Positions 17,160 through 26,633 of a DNA stretch of 64,000 nt are shown piece after piece. This stretch comes from a virus. Below the pieces are notes generated by a model. That model worked only from the letters and a program-made list of their open reading frames with translations. It made no database searches and was not told where the DNA came from. The stretch lies in the IMG/VR virus record IMGVR_UViG_3300009175_000013, positions 10,638 to 74,637 of that record. One strand, given 5' to 3'. The position numbers were made by a program, and so were the translations under genes. The first letter of the stretch is position 1, and every line of letters starts with the position of its first letter.

Positions 17160-18902
17160 TTATTTAAAAGCGAACCAGTACCGCCCGCCACCGTGGATCG
17201 GGAAGCACCGCGAATACTTGTGCAAACCACCCTTGGCTTTCTCTTTGCCTTCGGTGATGGCCAGGCTCTCGTTCAGAGCCTCACAGAGTTCCAGGAAAGT
17301 GTCCTGGTCACCAAGGAATTCCACCGCGTTCGGCATCTTGGCCGCACGCAGGGCCGGTTTGATCTTCAGTTTTTCTTCGGCCAGGGCCGCGACTTCATCT
17401 TCGAGTTTGGGTTCGGCTGCGGGAGCCGGAGTCGCCTCTTCCTTCACTGGCTTCCGCTTCGGCATCTTGCCTTTGCATTTCTTATCGCACTCGGCAATCT
17501 CACCGACTGGCTTCATCACTGACTCGGTGGGATGTTCAGCCGCTTCTTCGGCGGGACTTTCCGCAGCTTCGTGAGCCGGACCTTCAGCAGCTTCCTGAGC
17601 GGGGGTCTCCCCACCTGGTGCTGGAGGAGTTGAAACTGGGGCTGCTGGGGGTACATCACCAGCCGAGGCTTCTACTGGGGGAACTGGAGGCCCCGCCCCA
17701 CCAGGAGCCGCCCCAGGAACAGGAGGAACCGCACCTGCGCCGGCACCCTCCCCTGGCATGGCACATCCTTCACAAGATCCAGTTTCAATAGTCTTGCCAC
17801 AACTCGGGCACTTGACGATTTCGCCCTTGATGGCAGCTGGGAACATTTGCTGCTTGATATCGGGGAGATCGGCCATAGTGAGCGAGCCCTTAGTCGCACT
17901 TAGCGAGGCTAGCTTGGTGGCAATAGCGTCACAATCGCATCCACCACCGCCACCGCCGCCCATTGGCGGTTCTTCGCCCAGTGGGGCATCGTCTACTGGC
18001 TCATCCTCTCCATCCTTGGGAGGGCCGTCGTCTTCCTTGTCTTCCTTGGGAGGACCGTCTTTCTTGTCTTTCTTGGGTGGGCCGTCCTTCTTGTCCTTCT
18101 TAGGAGGACCATCTTCTTTCTTATCCTTCTTGGGAGGGCCGTCCTCTTTCTTGTCTTTCTTGGGTGGCCCGTCTTCCTTCTTGTCCTTGGGACCGTCCTC
18201 TTTCTTGTCCTTGGGTGGGCCATCCTCTTTCTTGTCCTTCTTGGGTGGGCCGTCTTCCTTCTTGTCGTCCTTCTTGGGAGGGAACTCTTCCATGATCACG
18301 TTGCGTGTGCCTTCACGGCATTCGCGGACGTCTTCCTCGCTCACTTCAAGCTCATCGTCGCTAGGCATTTCGTCCTCGGATTTGCCTTCTGCGCCGCCCG
18401 CGCCTTCGCTCTCACCTTCACCGCCCATCGGAGGGAGATCGTCCTCTCCGGGTTCTTCTTCCATTTCGCCTGGCTCACCCTCCCCGCCTGGCTCGACTGG
18501 GGCCTCGGTGCCAATGGGTGGCAACCCTGTGGGTTCCGGTGCACTACCTTGGCCATCTGCTACCATACGCAGAATTTCGGCCAGGAGGTCACGGTCGATA
18601 GTGACAGTCTGTGCTGATACCGCAGCGGGCGCTGCACCAGGAGCAGGAGCCGGGGCCAATGGATCAACCTTAGGAGCTGCCGGGCCAGCAACTGGAGCCG
18701 GGACTTCGGGAGGAGTGTCGATGGGAGCCTCAGCTGCAGGGACCGCAGACTGGGGGGCAGCTGGGGCACCGGTGCCATCTACTCCGGGAGTTGCCTCAAC
18801 CTCGTCGTCGAATCCTGGAATACCACCGCCACCACCGGCCCCGGCAGGTAGCTCCTCTTCCATTCCTTCGGCGATAATGCGGACATCATCCAGGCTTGCC
18901 AT
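17160..18902 (-). CDS. disordered acidic Pro-rich protein with charged repeats (putative head internal protein)
   Basis: GGAGA SD and upstream CAAATATA motif; DGPPKKDKKE repeats; CPSC...CEGC. Confidence 0.7.
   Translation of the reverse strand: MASLDDVRIIAEGMEEELPAGAGGGGGIPGFDDEVEATPGVDGTGAPAAPQSAVPAAEAPIDTPPEVPAPVAGPAAPKVDPLAPAPAPGAAPAAVSAQTVTIDRDLLAEILRMVADGQGSAPEPTGLPPIGTEAPVEPGGEGEPGEMEEEPGEDDLPPMGGEGESEGAGGAEGKSEDEMPSDDELEVSEEDVRECREGTRNVIMEEFPPKKDDKKEDGPPKKDKKEDGPPKDKKEDGPKDKKEDGPPKKDKKEDGPPKKDKKEDGPPKKDKKDGPPKKDKKDGPPKEDKEDDGPPKDGEDEPVDDAPLGEEPPMGGGGGGGCDCDAIATKLASLSATKGSLTMADLPDIKQQMFPAAIKGEIVKCPSCGKTIETGSCEGCAMPGEGAGAGAVPPVPGAAPGGAGPPVPPVEASAGDVPPAAPVSTPPAPGGETPAQEAAEGPAHEAAESPAEEAAEHPTESVMKPVGEIAECDKKCKGKMPKRKPVKEEATPAPAAEPKLEDEVAALAEEKLKIKPALRAAKMPNAVEFLGDQDTFLELCEALNESLAITEGKEKAKGGLHKYSRCFPIHGGGRYWFAFK
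18012..18282 (-). repeat. about 10 coding tandem repeats of DGPPKKDKK(E)
   Basis: 24-33 bp units with synonymous variation. Confidence 0.9.
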
Positions 18903-18903
18903 G

Positions 18904-19782
18904 TTAGTCTCCATATGCGATCTGAATTATATTTGCACGGTCGTTAGATAGAATTAGATGTCTATCATCCATCCCCCTACGCTCAGCAAATACCTCACTC
19001 GGAGCACCGTCGTAACAGGCCTTATATACTATGCAGCCTGGTAACTGTACCCTTTCGATCCACGCCACTCCGTCGCCCCAACCCTTCAGCTCCTCAAATA
19101 AAACGGCCACCTTATCAAACAAGGCCAGCTCGTTCTCCATCGTGGGAGCACACATCCCAGCGTACCGCTCGATCAAGCGGCTCGCCCACACATTCTTAAT
19201 CAACTCAGCAGCACGCGGGCATGACTCCACAATCTGCTTATAATCAGATACCGGATCATCCAACTGCTCCGCCAGCAGCACTGCCTGCGTCGGATCATCT
19301 AATGACTTAATAACGTCGTCAGCTACGACGGCTTTAGCCCCATGTTTTTTGAATTTCGCTGCATTCCTCTTGTTCTTCAATCCCTGCCGCCGCACTGACA
19401 TCTTGCCCCTACCAGTTTTAGTTGGATCATTGTTTGCTGGTCTATGCGGGGTCTGGTCGAAATTGCGTTCTGTGGGTTCTGGATTGGGCAGCCGAGTGTG
19501 GCGGTGGATTCTCTCCAGAGTGCTCTTGGCCGTGGCCTCCAGCATGTTCTGACCCGCTGGTCTAGGCCCATATTTTACATCCAGGATGCGGGGGGCGTTT
19601 TCATGGACGTAATCAACCATATGGCTTTTGGTGAGGTAGCAGACTTTGCCCTCGGTGGTGGATACGACGTAGGCTTTTCCATCCTCAGCAATCTCCGGCC
19701 CCTCCACGTCAGTTTTTTCGAGCTGCCCCAGCTTAGCTTTGAGGATACGATGGAAATCGTTGACTTCACTCTTCCATGTCAT
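18904..19782 (-). CDS. hypothetical protein
   Basis: GAGG SD; about 292 aa. Confidence 0.65.
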   Translation of the reverse strand: MTWKSEVNDFHRILKAKLGQLEKTDVEGPEIAEDGKAYVVSTTEGKVCYLTKSHMVDYVHENAPRILDVKYGPRPAGQNMLEATAKSTLERIHRHTRLPNPEPTERNFDQTPHRPANNDPTKTGRGKMSVRRQGLKNKRNAAKFKKHGAKAVVADDVIKSLDDPTQAVLLAEQLDDPVSDYKQIVESCPRAAELIKNVWASRLIERYAGMCAPTMENELALFDKVAVLFEELKGWGDGVAWIERVQLPGCIVYKACYDGAPSEVFAERRGMDDRHLILSNDRANIIQIAYGD

Positions 19783-20647
19783 ATCGGTTATCCTCTGTAG
19801 CAACGGAGCGTAACTTCTGTTGCTTGTCGTGGAGAGGGGAATCGGTGAACTCGTTGCTCCGCAAGCGTATCATCTTCAGGAATCCGGCAACTTGCGCCCG
19901 CGACTGTCCCGAAATCCTGACCAATTTCCCGATAATTCCCTCATATGGCCTGTCGTCAGTCTTAGAGATATACTCCAATGCCTCCAAGACTGCGGCATAA
20001 TTCTTATTATATTTGAGAAGGTGTCGGGCCTCCGTCAGGAACCGCTGAAGAGCCTCGTTGGTCTTTGGCGTTGTCTTATGATCCAAATGGCTACGATAAG
20101 CATCACTGTTCTTGTAGTCGCGGCTCTCCTTCTTAATATATGCCAGGATGACCGTGCGGGCGACCTGACTCCATAAATTGAACACCTTTGAAGTTCCGCG
20201 ATAGACTATCCTGGAGGGGATCTCGCCGCATTGGGGGCAGTGTATCTTCTGCTTCGCCACATCGTGCGGCTCTATGATATCGTATTGATGAATAGCTGGA
20301 TTAAAGATACAGGAGTCCATGGGGCGGATGGTGTTGTAGCACTGAGCACAGTGCACGCGCGCCTTATACTTATACAATGTTTTTTCAATTTGGCACCAGC
20401 CTGTTTGGAACAGATCCATAAAAGCTGATTCTTCTTGCCCTGGATAGATGCGATGCAGGTTGTGTGCTCGGATGATTTGGCGGATTAGTTCCTCGGTATT
20501 GGTCATGATCTGGTCGCGGAGAGTGCGATCAGTGCATCCCGTCCACCGGTACTTGAGCATGAGGTCTTCGACTTTATTATTGTCGAAGTATAATTTTCTG
20601 CCTGGGGTGGTTGTAGTAGGGAAAATAACGACTTCAGGCGACTTCAT
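19766..20647 (-). CDS. phage sigma factor (gp55-like late sigma) with a Zn-ribbon insertion
   Basis: region-2-like MDLFQTGWCQIEKTLYKY ... SKVFNLWSQVARTVILAYIKKE, interrupted by CAQC...CPQC. Confidence 0.65.
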   Translation of the reverse strand: MKSPEVVIFPTTTTPGRKLYFDNNKVEDLMLKYRWTGCTDRTLRDQIMTNTEELIRQIIRAHNLHRIYPGQEESAFMDLFQTGWCQIEKTLYKYKARVHCAQCYNTIRPMDSCIFNPAIHQYDIIEPHDVAKQKIHCPQCGEIPSRIVYRGTSKVFNLWSQVARTVILAYIKKESRDYKNSDAYRSHLDHKTTPKTNEALQRFLTEARHLLKYNKNYAAVLEALEYISKTDDRPYEGIIGKLVRISGQSRAQVAGFLKMIRLRSNEFTDSPLHDKQQKLRSVATEDNRYDMEE

Positions 20648-20747
20648 AATCTTACTCGATTCTGGCAAGAGGTGCCGGCCATGACTGTGGCGATATATTA
20701 TAAATACTGACCCGTAATTCTATTATGCCACTTTAGATACCCACAAG

Positions 20748-22289
20748 TCAATATTTGGGCCGCCGGAACCTGGAACGGATAAATTTATAAACATCCACCA
20801 CGCCATTCTTAAACACGATCTTGGCATCATATCCCATGCTGGCCACCGCCCTAATCCGGCTACGAGAATGATCATATAGATAGTGGTTGCACAGAAAGAA
20901 GAAATCATAGATCGTGGCGTGGCCACGCTTATTCACCCGCACTGCCCTCCCTAACTTCTGACTAAAGTCTGACTCTAACTTGCCGCCAGTGGCAATGATC
21001 AGAGTCTCGCACCCGCCCTTCAAATCCATGCCTCGTTTAACGATCTTACCGCCAATGAGCACATTGACATGCCGCGACTCGAAATTCTTAATTGCCTCCT
21101 TTCGATCTTTCATCGAGTGATCGCCACAGATAAACTTAGACCCCGCAATGGCCAGCTCCAGAGCGTAGCCGAGAGGCTTACTCTCTACTAGAATTAGCAC
21201 CCCGTGGGTTGGATCGCCCCTGGTGCACTTCGCCACCAGCTTCGCCACCAGGCTGTGGAATTGCGTATTGCCGATTAGATGTTCCTGAACAGCAATGTCG
21301 AAGGCCGATTTGTCCTTGATCAACCCTTCATCGCCGAACGCGATCGCAATATAATCAACTGGAATAATACGATGGATCTCTTCGAGACGGTCCTTGCCCA
21401 CATGAAAAATGACCGAGCCCAAATGCTCCTTAAGCACTATGGCTTGAACTGGCTTACTCTTATCGTAGGGAGTCCCACTAAAGCCAAAACGGTATCGACC
21501 CTTGAACCAATGCCAGAAAAGGTTCTTCCATTGAGCGCTGACGGCACAATCACATTCGTCAACCAACAATAGCTCACACCGCGCGATAATCTCACGCAGC
21601 TTCTTAGCGTTGTTCCTCCGCGTCTTCCAGGCTGCCATCTTCTTGGCGTAACTCTCCGGGGTATCCTTCTTCAAATGGTCGGGCGGCGGGGGAATGATCA
21701 GCGACTGAAACGACCCTACAATAATCTGCTGGCCATTGGGACGCTTACCGGCATAGAACATGCCGATTTCCTCGGCGGCTTTCCGTAGCTCTAGCCTTTC
21801 CTTGATCTGATCTACCACCACGGTCATGTCACAAAGGATTACAGTGGGGCAATTGTAGGCCTTGGCGATGCCGGCCATCATTTCGGTCTTCCCACCCCCA
21901 GTCTTGCAGGAGATAGTCCCAACCTCCTCCTTGCAACATACCTGGATCGCCTCCACCTGGTGATCATCTAGTATGATATTGTGCAAATAATCTTTGGTGA
22001 TGGTAGCAGGATCCGGCATAAGATGCTTGGCCGGGCCACGCTCATCACGAACCATAAGCGGCATCCCATGCTTATCACAGACCCGCTTCAACTCCCCCAA
22101 CAATGGCCTGGCTAGCCGGTGGTGGGCCTTATTATACTTGTGATAAACGCCATCAAAGAATCCGCTAGATAGATCCAAGTATTGCTGCCGAGGGTGGCGG
22201 ACACTAAATTCCTTATCTAGAGTACTCTCCTCCTGGGCAGTGATCTGCTCAATGTAGATCCACTTATTATCAAAGATCCGAGCGAGCAT
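20748..22289 (-). CDS. uvsW: SF2 DNA helicase (UvsW-like)
   Basis: TGGGKT, LLVDECD, GFSGTP, QKLGRAVR. Confidence 0.85.
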   Translation of the reverse strand: MLARIFDNKWIYIEQITAQEESTLDKEFSVRHPRQQYLDLSSGFFDGVYHKYNKAHHRLARPLLGELKRVCDKHGMPLMVRDERGPAKHLMPDPATITKDYLHNIILDDHQVEAIQVCCKEEVGTISCKTGGGKTEMMAGIAKAYNCPTVILCDMTVVVDQIKERLELRKAAEEIGMFYAGKRPNGQQIIVGSFQSLIIPPPPDHLKKDTPESYAKKMAAWKTRRNNAKKLREIIARCELLLVDECDCAVSAQWKNLFWHWFKGRYRFGFSGTPYDKSKPVQAIVLKEHLGSVIFHVGKDRLEEIHRIIPVDYIAIAFGDEGLIKDKSAFDIAVQEHLIGNTQFHSLVAKLVAKCTRGDPTHGVLILVESKPLGYALELAIAGSKFICGDHSMKDRKEAIKNFESRHVNVLIGGKIVKRGMDLKGGCETLIIATGGKLESDFSQKLGRAVRVNKRGHATIYDFFFLCNHYLYDHSRSRIRAVASMGYDAKIVFKNGVVDVYKFIRSRFRRPKY

Positions 22290-22918
22290 CAGTCAGTCCT
22301 AAAATCAGCACCCAGAATAGCCCTAATTCTACATTTCAGCGAAGCATTTCGATAGAGTTTGCACCTAATATGGAATAAATCGGCATAATTAGGTACCATT
22401 CCTCTTTCTACCCCGCATAGCCGATCAATTGCCATGCCCGCTTTTCTAGATACAGCCAGGAAATTCCTGGATATCTCCCCACGCATATACCATCGCACAA
22501 TGTTGGGCAGGCCACGCGGGGTATTCCGTGCTGAGGCGTCGGCTGAATTAAAAAGAGCCAGGTCTGACTCCAATTTGGTCAACAGCCCATATTGGTGCCC
22601 CTGAGCCTCAGCGGCTATTTTCGTGCACTCCTCCAGTATCTGATCGTTGGTTAGTAAGGCCAGACCCTTGCGAAGCTGCTTATGGGTCATAGCATACTGA
22701 ACAACTGCTTCGACGATCCGAATGGTTGCCTCTTCACTGGCACCCAATTCTTCGACTTTCAGAGCAAAATTGACTAAATACCGCCACTTGTAGGTCTTCT
22801 CGGGAGGAGTGTCCGCAGGAAACGCGATCACCACGCCCGCCTTCCGAAAGGCATCCTGGCAGTATTTGAAGAGCCTGAAGATTTTAACCTTGTCCGGAGC
22901 TATCACAATGTCTGACAC
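22289..22918 (-). CDS. hypothetical protein
   Basis: GTG start with GGAGG SD; stop overlaps the helicase start. Confidence 0.7.
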   Translation of the reverse strand: MSDIVIAPDKVKIFRLFKYCQDAFRKAGVVIAFPADTPPEKTYKWRYLVNFALKVEELGASEEATIRIVEAVVQYAMTHKQLRKGLALLTNDQILEECTKIAAEAQGHQYGLLTKLESDLALFNSADASARNTPRGLPNIVRWYMRGEISRNFLAVSRKAGMAIDRLCGVERGMVPNYADLFHIRCKLYRNASLKCRIRAILGADFRTD

Positions 22919-23201
22919 GCCAACCTCCGAACCTCAAAATACGACGCCGACACCCCCAGACCGCCTCCACCCAGGCGGGACACCGCTGACTGATGGGGCG
23001 TCAAAGCGTGAATTATTCTTCAAAGGATTTTCCGAGCAGCTAGAAGCCCAGGGGGTCAAAGTAGCCTTCGCTTTCATCTACGACCAAGACGCCAAAGAGC
23101 CACTAGTCTTCTGCAAAGGCAATCTATATCAAGTCACCAAGGCGGCGGTGGAATTCGCCCGCTTCATGAAGCATAAACTCGACGAGGATCTAACCGTATG
23201 A
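22908..23201 (+). CDS. hypothetical protein
   Basis: GGAG SD; ATGA overlap with the downstream methyltransferase. Confidence 0.65.
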   Translation: MSDTPTSEPQNTTPTPPDRLHPGGTPLTDGASKRELFFKGFSEQLEAQGVKVAFAFIYDQDAKEPLVFCKGNLYQVTKAAVEFARFMKHKLDEDLTV

Positions 23202-23950
23202 ACACCAAGCTCTGCTGGACCAGTACCTGCCTCCACGGCGATAGCCTAGGTTGGATGCGCCAACAAATCGTGCCATTCGCCGATCTGATTATCGCCGACC
23301 CGCCCTTCAACATCGGGTGGAAGTACGATGCATACCAAGACAAACGCGCTTCCGGGGACTACCTGGGCTGGACTACTGAGTGGATCACCGAAGCGAAGCG
23401 GCTGCTCAAGCCAACCGGGAATCTCCTCATCTGCATGGGGGACGAATACGTCTCGGACATAGATGTTATCTGCCGCCACACCCTGAAGCTGAGCCGCCAG
23501 AACTGGATAGTCTGGCACTACTCTTTCGGGCAATCTGGCACCCTCGAAAGCCGCACAGGCTTTACTCGCAGCAAGACCCACGTGCTGCGATATTCCTTGG
23601 GGAAGCCATATTTCAATGCCGCCGCTGTCGCCGAGCCGTCTGACCGCCAATTAAAGTATCACGACAAAAGAGCAGACCCACGGGGTAAGTGCCCAAATGA
23701 TGTGTTTATCTTCAAGCGCGTCTGCGGCACCCACGTTGAGCGAGTGCGTGGTGTTAGCACCCAAATGCCTGTGGCCCTGCTCGAGAAATGGGTTAAGGCG
23801 ATGTGCCCAGAAGATGGCTTCGTGTTCGACCCATTCCCAGGCAGTGGGGCCAGCTTGATAGCCGCCAAGCGGCTCAATCGACAATATGTGGGGGTAGAGC
23901 TAAGCGAAACCTACCACCGGCTAATCCTAGCCAGACTGGCGAAGGCCTAG
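23198..23950 (+). CDS. beta-class DNA methyltransferase (N6A/N4C)
   Basis: IIADPPFN precedes VFDPFPGSG. Confidence 0.92.
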   Translation: MNTKLCWTSTCLHGDSLGWMRQQIVPFADLIIADPPFNIGWKYDAYQDKRASGDYLGWTTEWITEAKRLLKPTGNLLICMGDEYVSDIDVICRHTLKLSRQNWIVWHYSFGQSGTLESRTGFTRSKTHVLRYSLGKPYFNAAAVAEPSDRQLKYHDKRADPRGKCPNDVFIFKRVCGTHVERVRGVSTQMPVALLEKWVKAMCPEDGFVFDPFPGSGASLIAAKRLNRQYVGVELSETYHRLILARLAKA

Positions 23951-25533
23951 CGGACTTCGTAATAGTACCGGATTTCCTTGTTGCCGAGCGTGAGCAATTC
24001 GTTCACGTCCACGCCGGTTCCACCTTCCGTCCCAGCAGCCGTATTCACATCGTTGGTCGGCAAAATATTGTTCGCGGGGGCGAATAGATCCACATACTTC
24101 ACCCCATCCACGCTGCCAATAGCCTGCTGCAGCTTAGAAGTGAATAGCCCCTGCCCCATGCTCCAATTGGCAATGTTAAAGAAATCGGCAATGGCCTTCT
24201 CAACATTGACCTTAACCACGGAAGCGTCAGCACTCCGGCTCATAACTACTGTCAAATCCAGATCGACGGCCTTGATCTTGCCATCCAGCACCGATACGCT
24301 ATCGGTCAGTGTATTCAGCTCATCCACATAGCTCTGGACGGCCCGCTTTAGCCCCTCATTGGCGGCGATTGGTTGATCTGGACCGATCGCCAGAACGTAC
24401 AGCTCAACCAAATTGGTATTGATGTCCGTCCGTACTGTCGCGGCGGCCTTGGCTATCGAACCATATACAGGATGGCTATATGACCCAACCAGTTGCGCAT
24501 AATCCGAGCCAGTGACAATCGAATTGTGGGTGGCAAAATCGCGTGGGGCACGTGATTTGGCCTGGTCGATGGTCTCAGCGTCAACCCCGCCAGAACTAGG
24601 AGTGACATTCCGGAAGAGCACGGTAACGGGGGCAGTATACGGGTAATTCGGCGTGACCGGCCTGGTCTCACTAATCACCCCGACGCCAATTCTGCCAATG
24701 GCCCCACCACCGAGGCGATAGGTGCATTTGATATCCGCCCCCGCTTGCGGGATAGCTCCGGTTATGTTGTCTCCGAATATAAATTCGATTCGCTTGCTAA
24801 AAATCCTAGCTTCAAACACCTTATCGTTGGCCCCCGCCTTCTCGATGGCATCAATCTGGTTCCATTCAGTAGTGATGCTATCGAGAATAACCTCCACCTT
24901 CAGGGGCGATTCTAGGATATTCTCGCTGGTATTGACGGTGATGATCTGACCGGCTGACCCGTCACTGGAAGACACAGTAAAATCGGTTACTCCCTGTACC
25001 CCATATGCGATTACAGCCCGTTTCCCCGCTGGGATCACAATATCGCCAGCCAGGTCGGTGGGTGATCTGAACACTTCATAGCCAATCGAGGCCCCCGTGC
25101 TCCCTTTGATGGTGAACTTCTGTGCAGCTGAAATGGCGACATCTGAACCAACTGGGCTGGACACTGAGCACTCAATATCCACCACTGCTGGTGTGGCACG
25201 CCTGATGGTCTGGCCGATTAGGACTAGGTGATTGGCCACTGCTTCCGGGTCGGTCGCAGTGGGTAGGAATCCCTGATTGCCCTGCATATCGCCGCGAAGA
25301 CTGAGCACGCCGGTGAGATAAGAGATGAGTTCCAACAGCATGATAATGCCGTTATTGCTCACGAAGTCGTTGAAATCATTGGGAAAGTAGGTCTTGATAT
25401 ACTCTACAGTAGCCCGCCGCGCGGTGGCAAATTCCAGGGCACTGAAGTCGATCTTGCGCAGCTCCGAGGGAGGCAGCAAGACGCTGAATTCCTCGGGGCT
25501 AGTGGGTAGTTTAAAGAGGGTTTCTTCAGACAT
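23947..25533 (-). CDS. baseplate wedge protein (gp6/J-like)
   Basis: YFPNDFNDF, IMLLELISY, FGDNITGAIP, SSGGVDAETIDQAKSRAP, IVTGSDY. Confidence 0.9.
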   Translation of the reverse strand: MSEETLFKLPTSPEEFSVLLPPSELRKIDFSALEFATARRATVEYIKTYFPNDFNDFVSNNGIIMLLELISYLTGVLSLRGDMQGNQGFLPTATDPEAVANHLVLIGQTIRRATPAVVDIECSVSSPVGSDVAISAAQKFTIKGSTGASIGYEVFRSPTDLAGDIVIPAGKRAVIAYGVQGVTDFTVSSSDGSAGQIITVNTSENILESPLKVEVILDSITTEWNQIDAIEKAGANDKVFEARIFSKRIEFIFGDNITGAIPQAGADIKCTYRLGGGAIGRIGVGVISETRPVTPNYPYTAPVTVLFRNVTPSSGGVDAETIDQAKSRAPRDFATHNSIVTGSDYAQLVGSYSHPVYGSIAKAAATVRTDINTNLVELYVLAIGPDQPIAANEGLKRAVQSYVDELNTLTDSVSVLDGKIKAVDLDLTVVMSRSADASVVKVNVEKAIADFFNIANWSMGQGLFTSKLQQAIGSVDGVKYVDLFAPANNILPTNDVNTAAGTEGGTGVDVNELLTLGNKEIRYYYEVR

Positions 25534-25920
25534 TTAGGCCTCCGTAGCCTGCTGCATTGGCAAATTAAGTTCGATCTCGAAGGTTTGGTTGGGCTGGTCA
25601 GTAAATGTACCACTCACGGTAATGTTGACCATGTGCTTTTCTTCATCGGTTGTAATATTAACTGCCGCCTGCACCCTTGGCTCATATTGAGAAATAGCAG
25701 ACTGAATATTGGATATTAGTCCGCTAATCCCTTGCTGGTCGATATTCTCGAACAAGTACTGCTTAATGCCAGTCCCCCAAGTGGGGCGCATCATCCGTTC
25801 TCCCGGAGACGTCATCAGCAGCTGCAGCAGGTCATTCTTGATAATTCTATCGCCCGATTGCTGCGACAGAATGTTCTGCTGACCGCCAATAAATGGTGGG
25901 TTCCACCCTTTGTAAATCAT
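25534..25920 (-). CDS. gp25: baseplate protein gp25-like
   Basis: LLMTSPGERMMRPTWGTGI..LFE...YEPRV. Confidence 0.92.
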   Translation of the reverse strand: MIYKGWNPPFIGGQQNILSQQSGDRIIKNDLLQLLMTSPGERMMRPTWGTGIKQYLFENIDQQGISGLISNIQSAISQYEPRVQAAVNITTDEEKHMVNITVSGTFTDQPNQTFEIELNLPMQQATEA

Positions 25921-26633
25921 TAATCCACCAACGCAGCTAGTGCACGTAGCTGATCCTGTTTTTGCTGAACCTGGGCTGGAATAGCATTTAGTTCAGCCAC
26001 CACAGCATCTAGGCTGCTCTGGGCCTGGGTCTGGGCAGCCACCGCTTTGGCCTTGGCATTTTGGATAGGCACATTGCCCGAATCGGTGCTCAAGATCACA
26101 TCCAAGCCACTGATAACCGTGGTAGCTTCATTAATGGTCTTCTGGTAGCTGACGGCGTCAACTCCCAGTAAATCCTTGTGTCTCTGCAACTCACCAAGCT
26201 CCGCTAGGATTACCTGTTGGGCCTTGGCGGCCCCTGCCGACACGCTAGCCATATCAGCACTGTCCAGCCCAACATCCTCTCCGTTGACATAATACTGGTC
26301 GTGCTGGGTATCAATGGAGGAGTCTACCGAGGTCACGGTTGCGGTTGCTACCGTATCGAACCCCAAAACCTGCCCAACATAAAATAGGGAATTGCCAGAC
26401 ACAACATCGCTGGGCCTATTATCCTTGGTGGTAAAGACCAAGGCACCGAGCGCGGCCCGGTTGACCGGCGGGACATCCCTCTGACGTGCCCCAATACCAG
26501 ATGGGATCTGGCTGAAATTCAGCGACGATCGTGGCGGGTCATTATTGCTGATGGTATAGACTACACTGGTGTCGTCCGAGGGAGTCTTCGGAAGAACATT
26601 ACTATATGAACCTGTGGGGTGGCTTAGGATCAT
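25920..26633 (-). CDS. hypothetical protein (baseplate cluster, coiled-coil C-terminus)
   Basis: start/stop overlaps with both neighbours. Confidence 0.7.
   Translation of the reverse strand: MILSHPTGSYSNVLPKTPSDDTSVVYTISNNDPPRSSLNFSQIPSGIGARQRDVPPVNRAALGALVFTTKDNRPSDVVSGNSLFYVGQVLGFDTVATATVTSVDSSIDTQHDQYYVNGEDVGLDSADMASVSAGAAKAQQVILAELGELQRHKDLLGVDAVSYQKTINEATTVISGLDVILSTDSGNVPIQNAKAKAVAAQTQAQSSLDAVVAELNAIPAQVQQKQDQLRALAALVD

Noticed and set aside
18012-18282. CRISPR-like array
   Set aside because: The repeats are in-frame coding units with no unique spacers.
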